From a virus (lineage: Duplodnaviria; Caudoviricetes): a stretch of DNA of 63,413 nucleotides. The stretch lies in IMG/VR virus record IMGVR_UViG_3300017767_000008, positions 1 through 63,413 of that record. One strand, given 5' to 3'. The notes beneath the pieces are model-generated. The model was not told the origin of the DNA, ran no database searches, and saw only the letters and a program-made list of their open reading frames with translations. The translations under genes were made by a program, and so were the position numbers. Position 1 is the first letter of the stretch, and every line of letters begins with the position of its first letter. Shown piece after piece: positions 1 through 9,522 of this stretch.

Positions 1-123
1 GGCGATATGCTTGACAATGACGATGACGGAGATGGTGTCAATGATACAGAAGATGCATTCCCTTTAGATCCAACCGAAACAATGGATTCTGACGGCGACG
101 GGATTGGTGATAATTCCGAATCA
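1..123. repeat. Terminal direct repeat, copy 1 (circular-assembly overlap)
   Basis: Bases 1-123 (ggcgatatgc...tccgaatca) are identical to 63291-63413. Confidence 0.97.
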
Positions 124-384
124 ACAAATGACAATTCCAGCTCTGGAACGAATGATGAGAATTCTAGTTCTGGAACGAATGATGATTCTTCGAATTATGG
201 AAATCCGTCTAATTCGGGTGACAGTTCAAACGTCAGTCCGAATCCGGGCAGTGTAAATACTGGCGGCGGTGGAATTGTAATAGATGATGGTGAAGATTGG
301 ACGGGGTGGTTGATATTCTTAATTACGCTGCCAATCGCTAGTTATCTTTTGTATGCAGGTTGGCCGAGATTGTTTCAAACATAG
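1..384 (+). CDS. 3' part of the TSP3-repeat membrane-anchored surface protein that starts at 62277 and wraps the junction
   Basis: DxDGDG repeats, a Ser/Asn/Gly-rich linker and a C-terminal TM helix (WLIFLITLPIASYLLYAGW). In frame with 62277 (63297-62277=1020). Confidence 0.88.
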   Translation, partial: GDMLDNDDDGDGVNDTEDAFPLDPTETMDSDGDGIGDNSESTNDNSSSGTNDENSSSGTNDDSSNYGNPSNSGDSSNVSPNPGSVNTGGGGIVIDDGEDWTGWLIFLITLPIASYLLYAGWPRLFQT

Positions 385-521
385 GGATATGGGTTTTCAT
401 AATCTGGTTTAGGATTATCGCATACGCAAGCAAACGTACAAACCATTTTGCCTTCTTTCATAACTCCAGTTGACTTTAGACGGCCAAATAATCCACAAAG
501 GCACCTTACTTCGAGCCTCAT
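375..521 (-). CDS. Small Cys-rich putative Zn-binding protein (48 aa, not in ORF track)
   Basis: MRLEVRCLCG...ACVCDNPKPDYENPYPYV. Its ATG overlaps the TAA of 521..733 (TAATG coupling). Confidence 0.55.
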   Translation of the reverse strand: MRLEVRCLCGLFGRLKSTGVMKEGKMVCTFACVCDNPKPDYENPYPYV

Positions 522-733
522 TATATTTCCTCCACGGGGGAGTAAGCATCGGGGTGAAGATAAACCGCTTCGAGTCCTTTGCTAGTTCGATGAATTTCAT
601 TCCACCTTTGAAAACAGGTTTTGCACAAAGGCTCTCTGTTGCCATTGATCCTCAATGATGGTACTTTGTATGGATTGTATGAAACAAGTTCTCCACAAGC
701 AACGCATTGCGATATTACAAACATTAAATCCAT
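521..733 (-). CDS. Small Zn-finger protein
   Basis: CVAC...CKTC pairs; abuts the upstream gene. Confidence 0.7.
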   Translation of the reverse strand: MDLMFVISQCVACGELVSYNPYKVPSLRINGNREPLCKTCFQRWNEIHRTSKGLEAVYLHPDAYSPVEEI

Positions 734-1417
734 TTATTCACCACAACTGCACAATTCTTGGTCTAACCTTTTCCTTCTCTTGGTTTCTGCAAGTGCATCG
801 ACTAGTCCTCCGCACTCTTCACAAGTATTTTTTCCGAATGAATCCCAGGCATTCGCTTCTCCATCACCATGTTTTTCTTCGAACAGTTCTAAAGCGGTTC
901 TGAAGCTCTTTGCTTGCGACCATGAAACTTTGTGAACAGCATCTTGGGCGATCATAACGTCGCCCCAATATCCATCATTCACTGCCCCAATGTATGCTAT
1001 TGCTGCTTCTCTTGACTTGAAAAACTCCCAATCGGTGATTCTGTAGTCATCGTTTTGGCACAATTCGACAATGAAGATTTCGGGTATTGGACCGTAAAAA
1101 GTGTCTATTTTATTTTCACTTGGAACGTTTGGATAATCGGCGCTCCAGGCATTTCTTTCTTCGGAATGACAAATTCTGCAGTCGCAATCTGGATCGCAAC
1201 CCTCAATCAAAATCAATTTTTTCCCTAATTCTTGGATTTGGTCGAAAGGTGAAATGAATGCTGGGGGTGTGGCTTTTTGATTTGTTTGCTGGGCTAATCC
1301 TTTTGCTAAATCTGTCAATTTGTGCCTGATAAGGTGCCATTGCACTAAAGGATCGGGGCAGCATTGACATTGAACGGTTGATTCACCGCACAAAAGACAT
1401 ACTTCGATTTCTGTCAT
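734..1417 (-). CDS. Hypothetical multi-Zn-finger protein
   Basis: 227 aa with CLLC, CQCC, CDCRIC, CEEC and CSC; part of a tight minus-strand operon. Confidence 0.75.
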   Translation of the reverse strand: MTEIEVCLLCGESTVQCQCCPDPLVQWHLIRHKLTDLAKGLAQQTNQKATPPAFISPFDQIQELGKKLILIEGCDPDCDCRICHSEERNAWSADYPNVPSENKIDTFYGPIPEIFIVELCQNDDYRITDWEFFKSREAAIAYIGAVNDGYWGDVMIAQDAVHKVSWSQAKSFRTALELFEEKHGDGEANAWDSFGKNTCEECGGLVDALAETKRRKRLDQELCSCGE

Positions 1418-1549
1418 TCAAAACACCGTGTCCCATAACCAAAAAATAAACACTAACATGAAAGCGAAGAAAGCAAGTAAAGGTAATGCCCTTATCAAAT
1501 CGTCAATCCGTTGTAAGATCGCTTTATCCCATTCTTCCTCATCAATCAT
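1418..1549 (-). CDS. Small single-TM protein (43 aa, not in ORF track)
   Basis: MIDEEEWDKAILQRIDDLIRALPLLAFFAFMLVFIFWLWDTVF; fills the gap between its neighbours and has a GAGGGA SD. Confidence 0.55.
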   Translation of the reverse strand: MIDEEEWDKAILQRIDDLIRALPLLAFFAFMLVFIFWLWDTVF

Positions 1550-1557
1550 GGAATCCC

Positions 1558-2349
1558 TCAAGCGACCTGCCTTACTTCAATTCCGTTCAACATTTTCATG
1601 CCCTGGTTCATTACCAAGCCATGCGCCCTTGAATGGGATTCGAGAACATCTCTAGCTGAAGAAGATTTCAATGCTTCAGTCATAGCATTGTAAAGACTCC
1701 ATAAATTGCGGTCTTCAAATTCTTCTTGGGGTGGTTTGAGCCATGCTTCTTTTGATGCAAGAAGTTGTCTTGGTCGAAGAATTCCTCGACCGTATCCCAT
1801 TCCCAAAATCGACCATGCTTCATCGTCATTCAAGTCGAAGTCCTTCATCGACTCTGCATCTCTAAGCAAATCTCGATGCCTCATTGGAGCAATAGACATA
1901 GAATTTGAAATCATTTTTTGAACGTCTTCAAGAACATCTCCAGTATGCTTTCTCGACACTCGAATGTCACCAGAAAACATTAGATTGTCGCAAACGAAAA
2001 CCTTAGCGCCCATGCAAACACCAACTGCTAACGACTGATCGTAAGAATTTCTTAATCCAATAGAGAGTGAAATATCCGGGCTTATGTCTGACTCATAGGA
2101 TAATACGCCAAACAATTTTGCGCCCGTGTTTTCCCCGTTCTTTGGAGAAAGGCCATAATGCTCATCGAGGAAATTGTAATCATGCAATTGGTCTTCTGCT
2201 TCTTGCTTGATTATTTCGATCAGTTGACCATGAGAAACAGGAGCATAACTTTCTGTTTTAGATGGTCGCTTAATCATGTTGATTTCTTCCATAGTGGCTG
2301 ATTGACCACCAGTATGTAGGCTAATTTGGCTTCTTGAACGGCTGCTCAT
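1558..2349 (-). CDS. DUF932/DUF945-family protein (typical of mobile elements)
   Basis: Motif IGLRNSYDQSLAVGVCMGAKVFVCDNLMF...RKHT and NLWSLYNAMTE. Start moved to ATG 2349, about 28 bp after a TTTAAG box. Confidence 0.8.
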   Translation of the reverse strand: MSSRSRSQISLHTGGQSATMEEINMIKRPSKTESYAPVSHGQLIEIIKQEAEDQLHDYNFLDEHYGLSPKNGENTGAKLFGVLSYESDISPDISLSIGLRNSYDQSLAVGVCMGAKVFVCDNLMFSGDIRVSRKHTGDVLEDVQKMISNSMSIAPMRHRDLLRDAESMKDFDLNDDEAWSILGMGYGRGILRPRQLLASKEAWLKPPQEEFEDRNLWSLYNAMTEALKSSSARDVLESHSRAHGLVMNQGMKMLNGIEVRQVA

Positions 2350-2495
2350 AGAACTCCGAGCCTGGTTAAGCACTTAAATGCGTCGATATTATGCAAATAA
2401 CTCGCTAAAAAATCCAAATAACTTCTGTTTAATGTCTGCAAAAGTAATCGAAAGAATGGCAAAGAGATATAAGCGAGTTGCTTATCGGAGTAAAT
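2350..2495. promoter_or_regulatory. Divergent archaeal-type promoters
   Basis: Minus-strand ATTTAAGT (2372-2379) and plus-strand GATATAAG (2466-2473) with a purine-rich BRE-like run upstream; each begins 30 bp before an ATG (2349, 2496). Confidence 0.6.
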
Positions 2496-2957
2496 ATGAC
2501 TCAGATTGACTCAGCGGAAAACAAGTATTGGAATGACGGAAAGCAAGAATACGCCAGGTGCGAAAAAATGCAGGGGATCGTGAACTCGCACGATGAAGCT
2601 ACAATAGGCCCGCATTTGGTCAATGGCGATTGCTTAGAAGTTGGAATGACCGTTCGCTCTTACGACAACGTGATGTTCAGAATGAAAACCGAAAACGGGG
2701 AGCAACTTCTCTTTGGAAATGGTTTGCCTTACACCATCCTAAGTACGGAATCATGGATTGAAGGCCGGGTTGAATCAATTGATGTTATCGAGGAATGCCC
2801 TTGTGGTTCACCCCACGTCACCATTCACGCTGATGCTGCCTCATGCCCCAGCGGATTCAGTATGGATCGTTTGTTCACTGGAGGGGAAAAGAAACTGTAT
2901 CACCCTCACGTCGGCCATCATTTCATCATAATGTCTAAAATCGGGGTGGTCGAATGA
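2496..2957 (+). CDS. Hypothetical protein
   Basis: First gene of the plus-strand operon; CPCGSPH motif; start moved to ATG 2496. Confidence 0.7.
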   Translation: MTQIDSAENKYWNDGKQEYARCEKMQGIVNSHDEATIGPHLVNGDCLEVGMTVRSYDNVMFRMKTENGEQLLFGNGLPYTILSTESWIEGRVESIDVIEECPCGSPHVTIHADAASCPSGFSMDRLFTGGEKKLYHPHVGHHFIIMSKIGVVE

Positions 2958-3259
2958 TTGCTGTCACGCCTCTTGAAATGCGAGTCATCGAATTGTTAGT
3001 GAACAATGAGTTCAGTAGTGAAGGACACGGCTTTTGTGGCTACATTTACCATGATGAAAACAACATGAATGTGATGAGGGGGGCAATGGCTTCTTTGGTT
3101 AAGAAGGGTATTGTGTATGACTGGGATACGGAAACCGCTGACAATGCAACTTGGGGATCGTTGACGGATTTAGTTAGCGAGCCAGCACCAGGGTTGCATT
3201 CACCAGACCCATTTGCAGAATATGGGTTCATTCTCAAGAACTTGGAAGTGATTGAATGA
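2954..3259 (+). CDS. Hypothetical protein, possible winged-helix
   Basis: ATGA overlap; MRGAMASLVKKGIV resembles a wHTH recognition helix and wing. Confidence 0.65.
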   Translation: MIAVTPLEMRVIELLVNNEFSSEGHGFCGYIYHDENNMNVMRGAMASLVKKGIVYDWDTETADNATWGSLTDLVSEPAPGLHSPDPFAEYGFILKNLEVIE

Positions 3260-3387
3260 GCGAAACCCCGAAGGAAATTCTCGAATGGATCACCGAGCGT
3301 TTGAGTTCAGTTCCAGAAAATGCACAAATGATTGTCAACGTCGAGTTGGGATATTTTGATGAAGAAGGAAATTGGAGGCTTGTTTGA
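3256..3387 (+). CDS. Small hypothetical protein (43 aa, not in ORF track)
   Basis: MSETPKEILEWITER...GNWRLV; ATGA overlap upstream and abuts 3388. Confidence 0.55.
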   Translation: MSETPKEILEWITERLSSVPENAQMIVNVELGYFDEEGNWRLV

Positions 3388-3822
3388 ATGACCGGTGGCA
3401 TCGAGAATTGGATTTACGCAGGGCTAAGAGATGGGGGCAAATCCGTACATTGGATTGACCCGAAAGGGGAAATATGCCCTTTTGGTGCTGACAAGAGTAC
3501 GAAAGCAATCGCTGTCGGTTCTAAATATGAAATTCACAATATCCAAAGAAACGAGGATGGCTTTGTCTCTAAAGCATCTTTCGGCAACAAAAAATGGATT
3601 GAGCAATCCGAAAGGGATTCCGAAGAAGTTCGAGCCTGGACTGTCAAAGACGAAATTGCTCGCCAAGCGATCAACAGGAAAAAAACCGTGAACAAAATCA
3701 AAAAAGAAAATGACGAAGATTGGGGGGAAATGTCGCTAATTGAAATCCAAGCGCTTTCAAGAACCATGAATCGTTCTGAGCGAACTATCTTAGCTTCAAT
3801 GGTTATGAGGTGGCTTTTGTGA
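3388..3822 (+). CDS. Hypothetical protein
   Basis: 144 aa, GGAGG SD, operonic. Confidence 0.7.
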   Translation: MTGGIENWIYAGLRDGGKSVHWIDPKGEICPFGADKSTKAIAVGSKYEIHNIQRNEDGFVSKASFGNKKWIEQSERDSEEVRAWTVKDEIARQAINRKKTVNKIKKENDEDWGEMSLIEIQALSRTMNRSERTILASMVMRWLL

Positions 3823-4163
3823 TTTGTGATGACTGCGGAAAGGATTGCACCGTGATTTATTCAACTGGTGTTTTGAAAAGGTGTTTGACTTGCAGCGTTG
3901 AGTTGTCTGAAAGGCAAAGAAGGCGCTATTGGGCTATGAATCCAAATCGAAACCAAGACCACTTTGCTACTGTGGGTGCAGGGCCATGTTTCCTTTGTGA
4001 TGGACCGGCTCAGTTCGGGGTTCTTCGAGAAATAAGCCGTGATGGTAATTCCGAAACTTGTCCGACATGGATCTGTTGGACTTGTAATAACCAAATTCCA
4101 AGAGAAACAACTCTGTATGATTTTGGTTCCGTTCAGCAAAACGAGGTGAATGAATGCGAATAG
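3810..4163 (+). CDS. Double Zn-finger protein
   Basis: CDDC, CLTC, CFLC and CWTC pairs. Confidence 0.65.
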   Translation: MAFVICDDCGKDCTVIYSTGVLKRCLTCSVELSERQRRRYWAMNPNRNQDHFATVGAGPCFLCDGPAQFGVLREISRDGNSETCPTWICWTCNNQIPRETTLYDFGSVQQNEVNECE

Positions 4164-4411
4164 AAAGGCCAAAGACCAGGCATCATGCAGAATATCACAT
4201 TCTCAAATTCCTCATCTATGGATCGGATGCAAACATGAACGGACTTCAAGACTTGGCGCGGCAAATGGGCGCTGACGTTGATGATGAAGGCAAACCTTTC
4301 GATGAAACAGCACATAAGCGGTTCAAGAACGGGTGCAAAGAAATTCATATTCAGTTAGAAAGGCTATTGAAGCAAAGGGAAAATAAAATTGCTAAGGAGA
4401 AGTCGGAATGA
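4154..4411 (+). CDS. Hypothetical protein
   Basis: GAGGTGA SD; overlaps both neighbours. Confidence 0.65.
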   Translation: MRIERPKTRHHAEYHILKFLIYGSDANMNGLQDLARQMGADVDDEGKPFDETAHKRFKNGCKEIHIQLERLLKQRENKIAKEKSE

Positions 4412-4746
4412 ACGTCGGACATACTAAAAGAATGAAGATTTGGAAATCAAAAGGCATTACATTGCCTAAAAATATTGATTGCCGTATATGTGATGCTTCT
4501 TTTCCCAACCCGATTCTCGAAGGTTGCGGTATTGTTTCTGTCGTTTGTGGCTCTTGTAAAGAAGAAATGTGCAATAGAAGAAAAACAAGGACAAAGAATA
4601 AGAAGCGAATGCCAAAGTCGAATTATGGCGGCAAAGACCAATCACCTACTGAAATTCCTCCTTTGAAAACATCTCGCTCAAATCTTTCATCGGTCATTGC
4701 CGCCAACCCACTTCTCCCAGATTCTATTGCGGGGTGGTCGATTTGA
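4408..4746 (+). CDS. Basic Zn-ribbon protein
   Basis: CRIC...CGSC followed by a Lys/Arg-rich tail. Confidence 0.6.
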   Translation: MNVGHTKRMKIWKSKGITLPKNIDCRICDASFPNPILEGCGIVSVVCGSCKEEMCNRRKTRTKNKKRMPKSNYGGKDQSPTEIPPLKTSRSNLSSVIAANPLLPDSIAGWSI

Positions 4747-5153
4747 AGCAAAGTTTGAATGACAAGATCGGTAAATGCCCCAACTGTCAAAAAATGACAT
4801 TGCTGATACAGTCTTCTTGTGCTGAATGTACTCAACCGCCTTATCGGGGCAAAAAAACACAATGCAACGTTTCGACCTGCAGCGAACCAATACATTCGCA
4901 TTTCTTTGTTGATATTTTGATGGATGATTTAGATACCGCCGATTCTGAAATAGTCGGTGAAGCTGTAAATCGCATTATTCGAGGAATTATTTATTCTGAA
5001 GGCGGTCTTTGTCAAAAGCACCTTTCGGAATCTTTCGACTCTATATGCCAACGTGAAAACGGCAACCCTTCTGGTTTTGACCGTATTTACAGGGATATAA
5101 TGCAAGACAATGCGAAAGAGCGAGATGAAAAATTTAGAGAGGAATGGATATGA
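4734..5153 (+). CDS. Zn-finger protein
   Basis: CPNC, CAEC, CNVSTC and CQKH motifs. Confidence 0.65.
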   Translation: MVDLKQSLNDKIGKCPNCQKMTLLIQSSCAECTQPPYRGKKTQCNVSTCSEPIHSHFFVDILMDDLDTADSEIVGEAVNRIIRGIIYSEGGLCQKHLSESFDSICQRENGNPSGFDRIYRDIMQDNAKERDEKFREEWI

Positions 5154-5284
5154 TTGAATTGTGTACGACTTGGAAATGTGAAGAAGAACAAATGATGGGC
5201 GGTATTCATCCTTCGGGATTGTGTATGTCTTGCTACCAAAAGCACAAGCAAGACCTTCGAGATGGCAAGGAGTTGATAGAATGA
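5150..5284 (+). CDS. Small Zn-finger protein (44 aa, not in ORF track)
   Basis: MIELCTTWKC...LCMSCY; ATGA overlaps at both ends. Confidence 0.55.
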   Translation: MIELCTTWKCEEEQMMGGIHPSGLCMSCYQKHKQDLRDGKELIE

Positions 5285-5553
5285 CTGAAGAGATCCATTA
5301 CGTCGAAGATTATTCCTGGGAACAGGCTGCTAGAGAATGCCTCGATGCATTGGTCGAAGCGGTCTATCTTTACGAAATACCGGTTCAAACAATTTTTGCT
5401 AAACGTCCCGAATTGTTGAAGATTTTGAAAAAGACCATTCTCGAAAAGCAAGAACCTGATGCAGTGAGGATTGAATCATTATTCAATCGGCGCGTTTTAT
5501 TATACAGAGAATTGACTGGGAAAGACGTTCTTGAATTAGGGGGCGGACAATAA
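5281..5553 (+). CDS. Hypothetical protein
   Basis: Start moved to ATG 5281 (MTEEIHY), coupled to the previous stop. Confidence 0.6.
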   Translation: MTEEIHYVEDYSWEQAARECLDALVEAVYLYEIPVQTIFAKRPELLKILKKTILEKQEPDAVRIESLFNRRVLLYRELTGKDVLELGGGQ

Positions 5554-5957
5554 TGCCAGCAAGAGATCGTCGCTACAAGGTCACGCCTAAGATTATCCAG
5601 TCGATGAAAGAAATGAGAACTGCAGGTTATTCATACAGAATCATTGGTGAATTTCATGGAGTATCTGGAGCAACTGCGCTATATTGGATTGATGATTCAC
5701 AACGGGCGAAGCAAAGAGCTAAGAACGCTAAACGAAAATATGCTCCGGGCGACAAAGAAAGAATTCAAAGAGATATGCAAAAAAGACGTAGCAATTGGAA
5801 TGCTGATCCAGAAATGCAATTGAGGCATACCATTCAATCCGCCCAAGATGAGAAAAGGAGTAAGCGGAAAACCGTTCAAGGCATGAAAATGCCCGAAGCG
5901 AAAAAATTGCTAAAATCAGGCAAATTACAAAGAAAAAATGCAAAAATGGAGGAATGA
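5553..5957 (+). CDS. Basic helix-turn-helix DNA-binding protein
   Basis: MRTAGYSYRIIGEFHGVSGATALYWI fits an HTH; Lys/Arg-rich. Confidence 0.7.
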   Translation: MPARDRRYKVTPKIIQSMKEMRTAGYSYRIIGEFHGVSGATALYWIDDSQRAKQRAKNAKRKYAPGDKERIQRDMQKRRSNWNADPEMQLRHTIQSAQDEKRSKRKTVQGMKMPEAKKLLKSGKLQRKNAKMEE

Positions 5958-6724
5958 AATTGATTGATATTGTCATAGATACAGAAACAACAGGCTTAGA
6001 TTCAGAAAGGTGTCAAGTGATCAGCATAGGCTGGGCTTTTAGAAATCCCAATGAGAGTCAACAAATACCTGGAGCCCCCAGTATAAAACCCGAATTGGCT
6101 GGAAAAATCAGTTCGGGAAATATTTTGATACGGCCCGATATGGAAAGATTGAATCAGCAAAATTCTCACGAACTCGAAGAAGCATTGAACATAACTGGAT
6201 TTAGCGTTGATGCTATTTCAAAGCATGAAATCAATTATTACACTGCAATTGAAGAATTAAAAATGCAATTGAGAAAATCTTTGAGGAACGCTGGATTCGA
6301 AAGTTCGCAATTTGGCGGCTATCACCTTCAAAAAATAAGAATTCTTGCATACAATAGGCAATTTGATTTTGATTTCTTGAATTCTTTGCCTTATGCGAAT
6401 ACAATAACTTCTAGGATGCCTTCATTCATCTTCGAACAAGAATGCTGCGACAACTATGCTAACCATTGGTCTGAAGTATCGAGTCTTGATGGAGATTGCG
6501 GTTGTCGAAAAGATACGGCTTGCATAATGTTGCGAGCTTCAGAACGATGGGGTCATTATTCAGAATATCATGGGAATTACAGGTGGCTGAAATTGGTCAC
6601 TGCCTTTTCCTATCTTGATCTAAGTGATTCCGACAAATCACAAACCGAAGGATTGTCTGCACATGATAGTCAATGGGATTCAATCATGGCCTTACTTGTG
6701 CATGAACACCTGGAGGGAGTATGA
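5954..6724 (+). CDS. DEDDh (DnaQ-like) 3'-5' exonuclease
   Basis: ExoI IDTETTGLD, ExoII AYNRQFDFDFL, ExoIII AHDSQWDS. Confidence 0.88.
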   Translation: MKLIDIVIDTETTGLDSERCQVISIGWAFRNPNESQQIPGAPSIKPELAGKISSGNILIRPDMERLNQQNSHELEEALNITGFSVDAISKHEINYYTAIEELKMQLRKSLRNAGFESSQFGGYHLQKIRILAYNRQFDFDFLNSLPYANTITSRMPSFIFEQECCDNYANHWSEVSSLDGDCGCRKDTACIMLRASERWGHYSEYHGNYRWLKLVTAFSYLDLSDSDKSQTEGLSAHDSQWDSIMALLVHEHLEGV

Positions 6725-7419
6725 TGTTCGAAGTACGTTTAATCAACACCGTCACAAGCGGTATTCCGGAATTGGTCGAGTATAGTGAGGGCGAATTTAG
6801 GTCGGCTTGGCGCGAGATATTTGATGAATGTGATCCACAAGAAAATCAAGATGTGATTCCGTGGAATTTTGAAAATTCATTGAAGGTCGGCTATCTTGTC
6901 AATCACAAAACAGAATACAGGGCGGAATCATTGTATCCTTCAGGAGTCAGTTTTTCATCAACTGATGCCCTGCATCTATGCGACGTAATATTGAATAATC
7001 GAGAACGTGGTCAAACAGAATATGATTTTTTCACAACTCCTTCGGTTGCTTTGATGATGTATAACCGAATTGTTGGAATGCTTGTCAAGGATTGCGATTC
7101 AGGCCGATTCAGTGAGTTATACCCTAGACAATGCTCAGTTAGCGGGAGAGGTATGTTTGAAGGTTGGGTTTGGGGCGAAGGTTCTCTTTACACTGCTACA
7201 AAATCTAACACTTTGAATGAATTGAAGAAAATTATTGAAGAAATGCATGGCCTAAAATTTACCCAGTTCGATGATTTGGCTAGTTTGACTGATGATGAAT
7301 TGTTGGAATGGGCTTACAAAGAAGAAATCATGCATTGGACTCGATGGGAAGTTGAAGTTGATCACAAAGCGATTAGAGCTTGTTTGAATAACCAGGGGGA
7401 ATTGAATGAGAGCCTTTGA
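6721..7419 (+). CDS. Hypothetical protein
   Basis: 232 aa, operonic; contains RQCSVSGRGMFEGW. Confidence 0.7.
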   Translation: MMFEVRLINTVTSGIPELVEYSEGEFRSAWREIFDECDPQENQDVIPWNFENSLKVGYLVNHKTEYRAESLYPSGVSFSSTDALHLCDVILNNRERGQTEYDFFTTPSVALMMYNRIVGMLVKDCDSGRFSELYPRQCSVSGRGMFEGWVWGEGSLYTATKSNTLNELKKIIEEMHGLKFTQFDDLASLTDDELLEWAYKEEIMHWTRWEVEVDHKAIRACLNNQGELNESL

Positions 7420-7591
7420 ATGGAAACATGAGCATGATGGTACAATTAGGGCGGTTAGATCCAAGAAGGCTCGAATAAAGAAAACCGACCCTGGATATTT
7501 CACAAGAAGAGAATGGAAAATCATTGAACATGAATTGCTGCCTACGGATAACGGCATCAGTTATTTCAGTTTGAAATCGAGGTTGGTTTGA
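7406..7591 (+). CDS. Small hypothetical protein
   Basis: 61 aa, overlaps its neighbours. Confidence 0.5.
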   Translation: MRAFEWKHEHDGTIRAVRSKKARIKKTDPGYFTRREWKIIEHELLPTDNGISYFSLKSRLV

Positions 7592-7737
7592 TGCACCTAA
7601 AATGTGGCCTATGTGGTTCCAGATTGTTGAAAACCATGTATCATAGATACCATGGCGAAGTCGAAGCAATATCCAAAGTTTGTGAATGTGGTTGGGAATC
7701 TTTGAGAACAAGGGTGCCTTCGGAGGGAGAAAAATGA
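7591..7737 (+). CDS. Small Zn-ribbon protein (48 aa, not in ORF track)
   Basis: MHLKCGLCG...VCECGW; TGATG and ATGA overlaps. Confidence 0.55.
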   Translation: MHLKCGLCGSRLLKTMYHRYHGEVEAISKVCECGWESLRTRVPSEGEK

Positions 7738-8015
7738 GTCAATCTGATATTGATGGAGTTGTCAATGAATTAGAAGGTATCATTTGGGAGGCTGAAAATG
7801 CTGAATTTTTCTCAATTTCGGATTTACAGCCATTAGCGGATCGGTTGAAGAAATTGAAATGGCCTAAACAATATGTTCCGCCAACTTTTTCTCAAAAAAT
7901 CAAAGAATACAAAACGAAAGATTGGTTGATGCTAATTCTTGCTTGGTTCCTAGTTCCATTGATTTTCATTGCTTTGCCTTTTGCTTGGCTGTATTCTAAG
8001 GTCTTTCAAGCGTGA
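7734..8015 (+). CDS. Small membrane protein
   Basis: Start ATG 7734 (MSQSD); C-terminal hydrophobic segment. Confidence 0.6.
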   Translation: MSQSDIDGVVNELEGIIWEAENAEFFSISDLQPLADRLKKLKWPKQYVPPTFSQKIKEYKTKDWLMLILAWFLVPLIFIALPFAWLYSKVFQA

Positions 8016-9109
8016 ATCTTGTACTTCCTTGTGGGAGCATTGATTCTGATGCTCTTAAGCGCCCCTGAGCGCTTTCTAGCGTATGCTCCGGGGGTATAGA
8101 CAGCAAAGGCTGATTTTGTCACCCCTGCAATCTCTGGTCGATGGGAAACAATTCTAGCGTTTCTCCCAGTTGAACGTAATAGTTCTGCAGTTCTTTCTGC
8201 TGCCGACCTAGAGAGCTTGGATTGAATCGGAACGTAATCTTTGCCATCTATCTTTCTTTGACCAAGAATCGAAGTGTCTTTTGCTGCTCTTTTTCGATAA
8301 TCCTTCAAGTTGTTAATGTCAATGACTCCGGTTCCATAGAGTACGAATCCGGTTGTATCTCTTTTCCCACGCCCTTTCGCAGTCAAACCGATCACGGACT
8401 TTGGAGGGTCTAAAAATCTCAAATCGGATTTGTCGCCATCAATGACTTTCCATTGTTTCCCTCCTTCTGGACCCCATTTTTCGGGGAGTCCTGGCGGAGT
8501 TCCGAAAACAACTGCAACGTTTTGCCCCTTATCCATTGCTGATTTGACATATCTTTCATTTTCTTCGGAACGTGAAAACACCAATTCATAATTTTTTGCG
8601 GGTTTTCTTTGTCTATTGGGAATTTTTGTGTAATCGTAAAATTGTACTTCTGGAAATTTTTCAAAAATTGTTTTACGATCCTTGCCGAATTTTATTCTCT
8701 CCCATCGAATATCCGAAGTTCCATTTAATCTGAACGTGGGTTTGAAACCTGCTGTTTTAGAGGATTTAATCGCTGATTCGATTTCTTTTTCGAGCCTTAG
8801 CATGAAATTTTCTCGGTCATCGAAGAAGAATTTAGTTCGAGCGATTCTAGCATTTTGAACCGTACCATAACAACCCATTCCCGATGTATTCAAGCAAGCG
8901 GCGGCACAACCCATTGAGGCTGAAGGGCAGGTGTTATTTCCGGAAAGATTTGATGGAGAAAGGTGCATGATGTAGGTTCGATAACCATACTTTTCGCCTT
9001 TCACCGTTTTAGCATTTGAAGTAGTCAGTAGTGAAGAGGCTCCATACCTTTCTTTCATCTCTTCAGAAGATAATGCTTTAGATTCACCGTTGCGAATAAC
9101 CTGAGCCAT
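8006..9109 (-). CDS. GP88-like (Cys-cluster, radical-SAM-like) protein with a C-terminal basic tag module
   Basis: SNAKTVKG, TCPSASMGCAAACL, RLNGTSDIRWE, QFYDYTK and IDGDKSDLRFLDP. C-terminus has RKIDGKDY...AERTAELLRSTGRNARIV...AVY. Confidence 0.75.
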   Translation of the reverse strand: MAQVIRNGESKALSSEEMKERYGASSLLTTSNAKTVKGEKYGYRTYIMHLSPSNLSGNNTCPSASMGCAAACLNTSGMGCYGTVQNARIARTKFFFDDRENFMLRLEKEIESAIKSSKTAGFKPTFRLNGTSDIRWERIKFGKDRKTIFEKFPEVQFYDYTKIPNRQRKPAKNYELVFSRSEENERYVKSAMDKGQNVAVVFGTPPGLPEKWGPEGGKQWKVIDGDKSDLRFLDPPKSVIGLTAKGRGKRDTTGFVLYGTGVIDINNLKDYRKRAAKDTSILGQRKIDGKDYVPIQSKLSRSAAERTAELLRSTGRNARIVSHRPEIAGVTKSAFAVYTPGAYARKRSGALKSIRINAPTRKYKIHA

Positions 9110-9153
9110 GCTTCAAGGAGCAACAGGATCTATTTTACAATAGCTTCAGTTGA

Positions 9154-9522
9154 TCACTTAGACGCATTCTTTGACGCTTTAGGACCAGGCATCGGCCCTG
9201 GTACTTCATCCCACTTAGATTTGATTTTATTTTTCTTCAGTCTTCTAGGGATCCATGAATTCATCTGCCACAAAGAAACAAACGTCATAGCCCCAACTAT
9301 GACCATTGATGCTGCCATTGCTACGTCAAAGACAAATGGCAGTCCTGGGTCATTGTCAATCGCATTAGGCATACCTGACACTGCCAACCAGAATACCACG
9401 CATAATGTTTGGTACAATCCGCAAATCAAAAGAATCCCTAATTGTATGACTCTTAGGTTCTGCATCTTCGAATGAACTCTGCTGAGTTCTTTGGCTTGGA
9501 TTTTTTCGAGAACGCTACTCAA
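9154..9522 (-). CDS. Two-TM membrane protein with a basic C-terminal tail
   Basis: Two hydrophobic segments followed by RRLKKNKIKSK. Confidence 0.7.
   Translation of the reverse strand: MSSVLEKIQAKELSRVHSKMQNLRVIQLGILLICGLYQTLCVVFWLAVSGMPNAIDNDPGLPFVFDVAMAASMVIVGAMTFVSLWQMNSWIPRRLKKNKIKSKWDEVPGPMPGPKASKNASK

Noticed and set aside
1-123. Biological terminal repeat of a linear genome
   Set aside because: It lies mid-gene and the frame continues across it, so an assembler overlap on a circle is more likely. Circular permutation cannot be excluded.
142-185. 17-bp direct repeat tctggaacgaatgatga
   Set aside because: It is a simple duplication within a low-complexity Ser/Asn linker.
415-645. 76-aa minus-strand ORF
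   Set aside because: It overlaps 521..733. The coupled Cys-rich ORF 375..521 fits the operon better.
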